Source: Eledone cirrhosa
Lineage: Eukaryota
Assembly: GCA_964016885.1 (NCBI GenBank)
Contig: CAXHJY010000381.1
Coordinates: 1-64,000 of the forward strand
DNA length: 64,000 bases
Reading direction: 5' to 3'
The stretch's first letter is position 1. Every line of letters starts with the position of its first letter. The notes below the pieces were generated by a model that ran no database searches, was not told where the DNA came from, and saw only the letters and a list, made by a program, of their open reading frames with translations. Shown here piece after piece: positions 62,001-64,000 of the stretch. Both the position numbers and the translations under genes were made by a program.

Positions 62001-64000
62001 ACAAAGTCTATATTAGTAACATGACACAGTCTATATTAGTAACATCACACAGTCTATATTAGTAACATGACAAAGTCTATATTAGTAACATGACAAAGTC
62101 TATATTAGTAACATGACACAGTCTATATTAGTAACATGACACGGTCTATATTAGTAACATGACACAGTCTATATTAGTAACATGAGACAGTCTATATTAG
62201 TAGCATGACAAAGTCTATATTAGTAACATGACACAGTCTACATTAGTAACATGACAAAGTCTATATTAGTAACATGACACAGTATATATTAGTAACATAA
62301 GACAGTCTATATTAGTAACATGACTAAGTCTATATTAGTAACATGACACAGTCTATATTTGTAACATGACAAAGTCTAAATTAGTAACATGACAAAGTCT
62401 ATATTAGTAACATGACAAAGTCTATATTAGTAACATGACACAGTCTATATTAGTAACATGACGAAGTCTATATTAGTAACATGACACAGTCTATATTAGT
62501 AACATGACAGGGTCTATATTAGTAACATGACAAAGTCTATATTAGTAACATGACAAAGTCTATATTAGTAACATGACAAAGTCTATATTAGTAACATGAC
62601 AAAGTCTATATTAGTAACATGACACAGTCTATATTAGTAACATGACACAGTCTATATTAGTAGCATGACACAGTCTATATTAGTAACATGATACAGTCTA
62701 TATTACTAACATGACAAAGTCTATATTAGTAACATGACAAAGTCTATATTAGTAAAATGACAAAGTCTATATTAGTAACATGACAAAGTCTTTATTAGTA
62801 ACATGACACAGTCTATATTAGTAACATGACACAGTCTATATTAGTAACATGACAAAGTCTATATTAGTAACATGACACAGTCTATATTAGTAACATGACA
62901 CAGTCTATATTAGTAACATGACAAAGTCTATATTAGTAACATGACAAAGTCTATATTAGTAACATGACAAAGTCTATATTAGTAACATGACAAAGTCTAT
63001 ATTAGTAGCATGACAAAGTCTGTATTAGTAACATGACAAGGTCAATATTAGTAACATGACAACGTCTATATTAGTAACATGACAAAGTCTATATTAGTAA
63101 CATGACACAGTCTATATTAGTAACATGACAAAGTCTATATTAGTAGCATGACAAAGTCTATATTAGTAACATGACAAAGTCTATATTAGTAACATGACAA
63201 AGTCTATATTAGTAACATGACAAAGTCTATATTAGTAACATGACAAAGTCTATATTAGTAACATGACAAAGTCTATATTAGTAACATGACACAGTCTATA
63301 TTAGTAACATGACAGTCTATATTAGTATCATGACAGTCTACATTAGTAACATGACACAGTCTATATTAGTAACATGACAAAGTCGATATTAGTAACATGA
63401 CAATGTCTATATTAGTAACATGACAAAGTCTATATTAGTAACATGACACAGTCTATATTACTAACATGACACAGCCTATATTAGTAACATGACACAGTCT
63501 ATATTAGTAACATGACAAAGTCTATATTAGTAACATGACAAAGTCTATATTAGTAACATGACAAAGTCTATATTAGTAAAATGACACAGTCTATATTAGT
63601 AACATGACACAGTCTATATTAGTAACATGACAAGGTCTATATTAGTAGCATGACAAAGTCTATATTAGTAACATGACAAAGTCTATATTAGTAACATAAC
63701 AAAGTCTATATTAGTAACATGACAAAGTCTATATTAGTAACATGACAAAGTCTATATTAGTAACATGACAAAGTCTATATTAGTAACATGACACAGTCTA
63801 TATTAGTAACATGACAGTCTATATTAGTAACATGACAGTCTACATTAGTAACATGACACAGTCTATATTAGTAACATGACACAGTCTATATTAGTAACAT
63901 GACACAGTCTATATTAGTAACATGACAGTCTATATTAGTAACATGACAGTCGACATTAGTAACATGACACAGTCTATATTAGTAACATGACAAAGTCGAT

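Larger units (their letters stand above)
1..64000. repeat. Tandem satellite array, 23-bp monomer AGTAACATGACA(A/C)AGTCTATATT with 20-, 21-, 22- and 24-bp length variants; about 2,800 copies, single orientation, open at both ends
   Basis: The monomer reads directly from 1-23 (agtaacatgacaaagtctatatt) and repeats in phase to 64000. Differences are limited to substitutions and 1-3 bp indels. Confidence 0.99.

Noticed and set aside
1-64000. CRISPR array (23 bp is near the low end of CRISPR repeat lengths)
   Set aside because: The repeats abut directly, with no unique spacers, no leader and no cas genes.
1-64000. Repetitive protein-coding ORF
   Set aside because: The plus strand has TAG, TAA and TGA in almost every unit (TTAGTAACATGA), and the minus strand has TAG and TAA per unit. 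The 23-bp period rotates the frame, so every frame is closed within a few monomers.
1-64000. Long-unit yeast-type telomeric repeat (the Candida albicans unit is also 23 bp)
   Set aside because: There is no G-rich strand or GGTGT-like core, and G and C are balanced. The length and the kb-scale inherited variant patterns indicate recombinational amplification rather than telomerase templating.
1-64000. Concatemer or rolling-circle sequencing artefact, or a synthetic array
   Set aside because: Variants recur in an ordered, nested pattern with irregular offsets and private differences, unlike random error on a single template. Individual block copy numbers could still be misassembled.
1-64000. 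AAA/ACA/A spacer alternation as an information-bearing code
   Set aside because: The pattern is explained by inheritance through block duplications, and nothing in the sequence indicates a readout mechanism.

Overview
The entire 64-kb window is one uninterrupted, head-to-tail, AT-rich tandem array (satellite DNA) with the 23-bp consensus AGTAACATGACA(A/C)AGTCTATATT. It holds about 2,800 monomers (64,000/~23) at 26-30% GC by consensus. It runs off both ends, keeps one orientation throughout, and I saw no unique DNA, ORF, RNA gene, transposon or CRISPR spacer. Common variants are the AAA/ACA alleles between GAC and GTC, a 21-bp deletion unit (GACAGTC) and an AAC>AGC allele. Rare diagnostic monomers reveal nested kb-scale duplications with offsets of 1636, 2242, 2790, 2990, 3728/3705, 4331, 6463, 8311 and about 12,504 bp. 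They also show a left-to-right change of variant subfamily around 22-31 kb. Offsets were read by eye from marker positions and block boundaries are approximate. I cannot identify the organism or the satellite family, and I found no evidence of a coding biological system.
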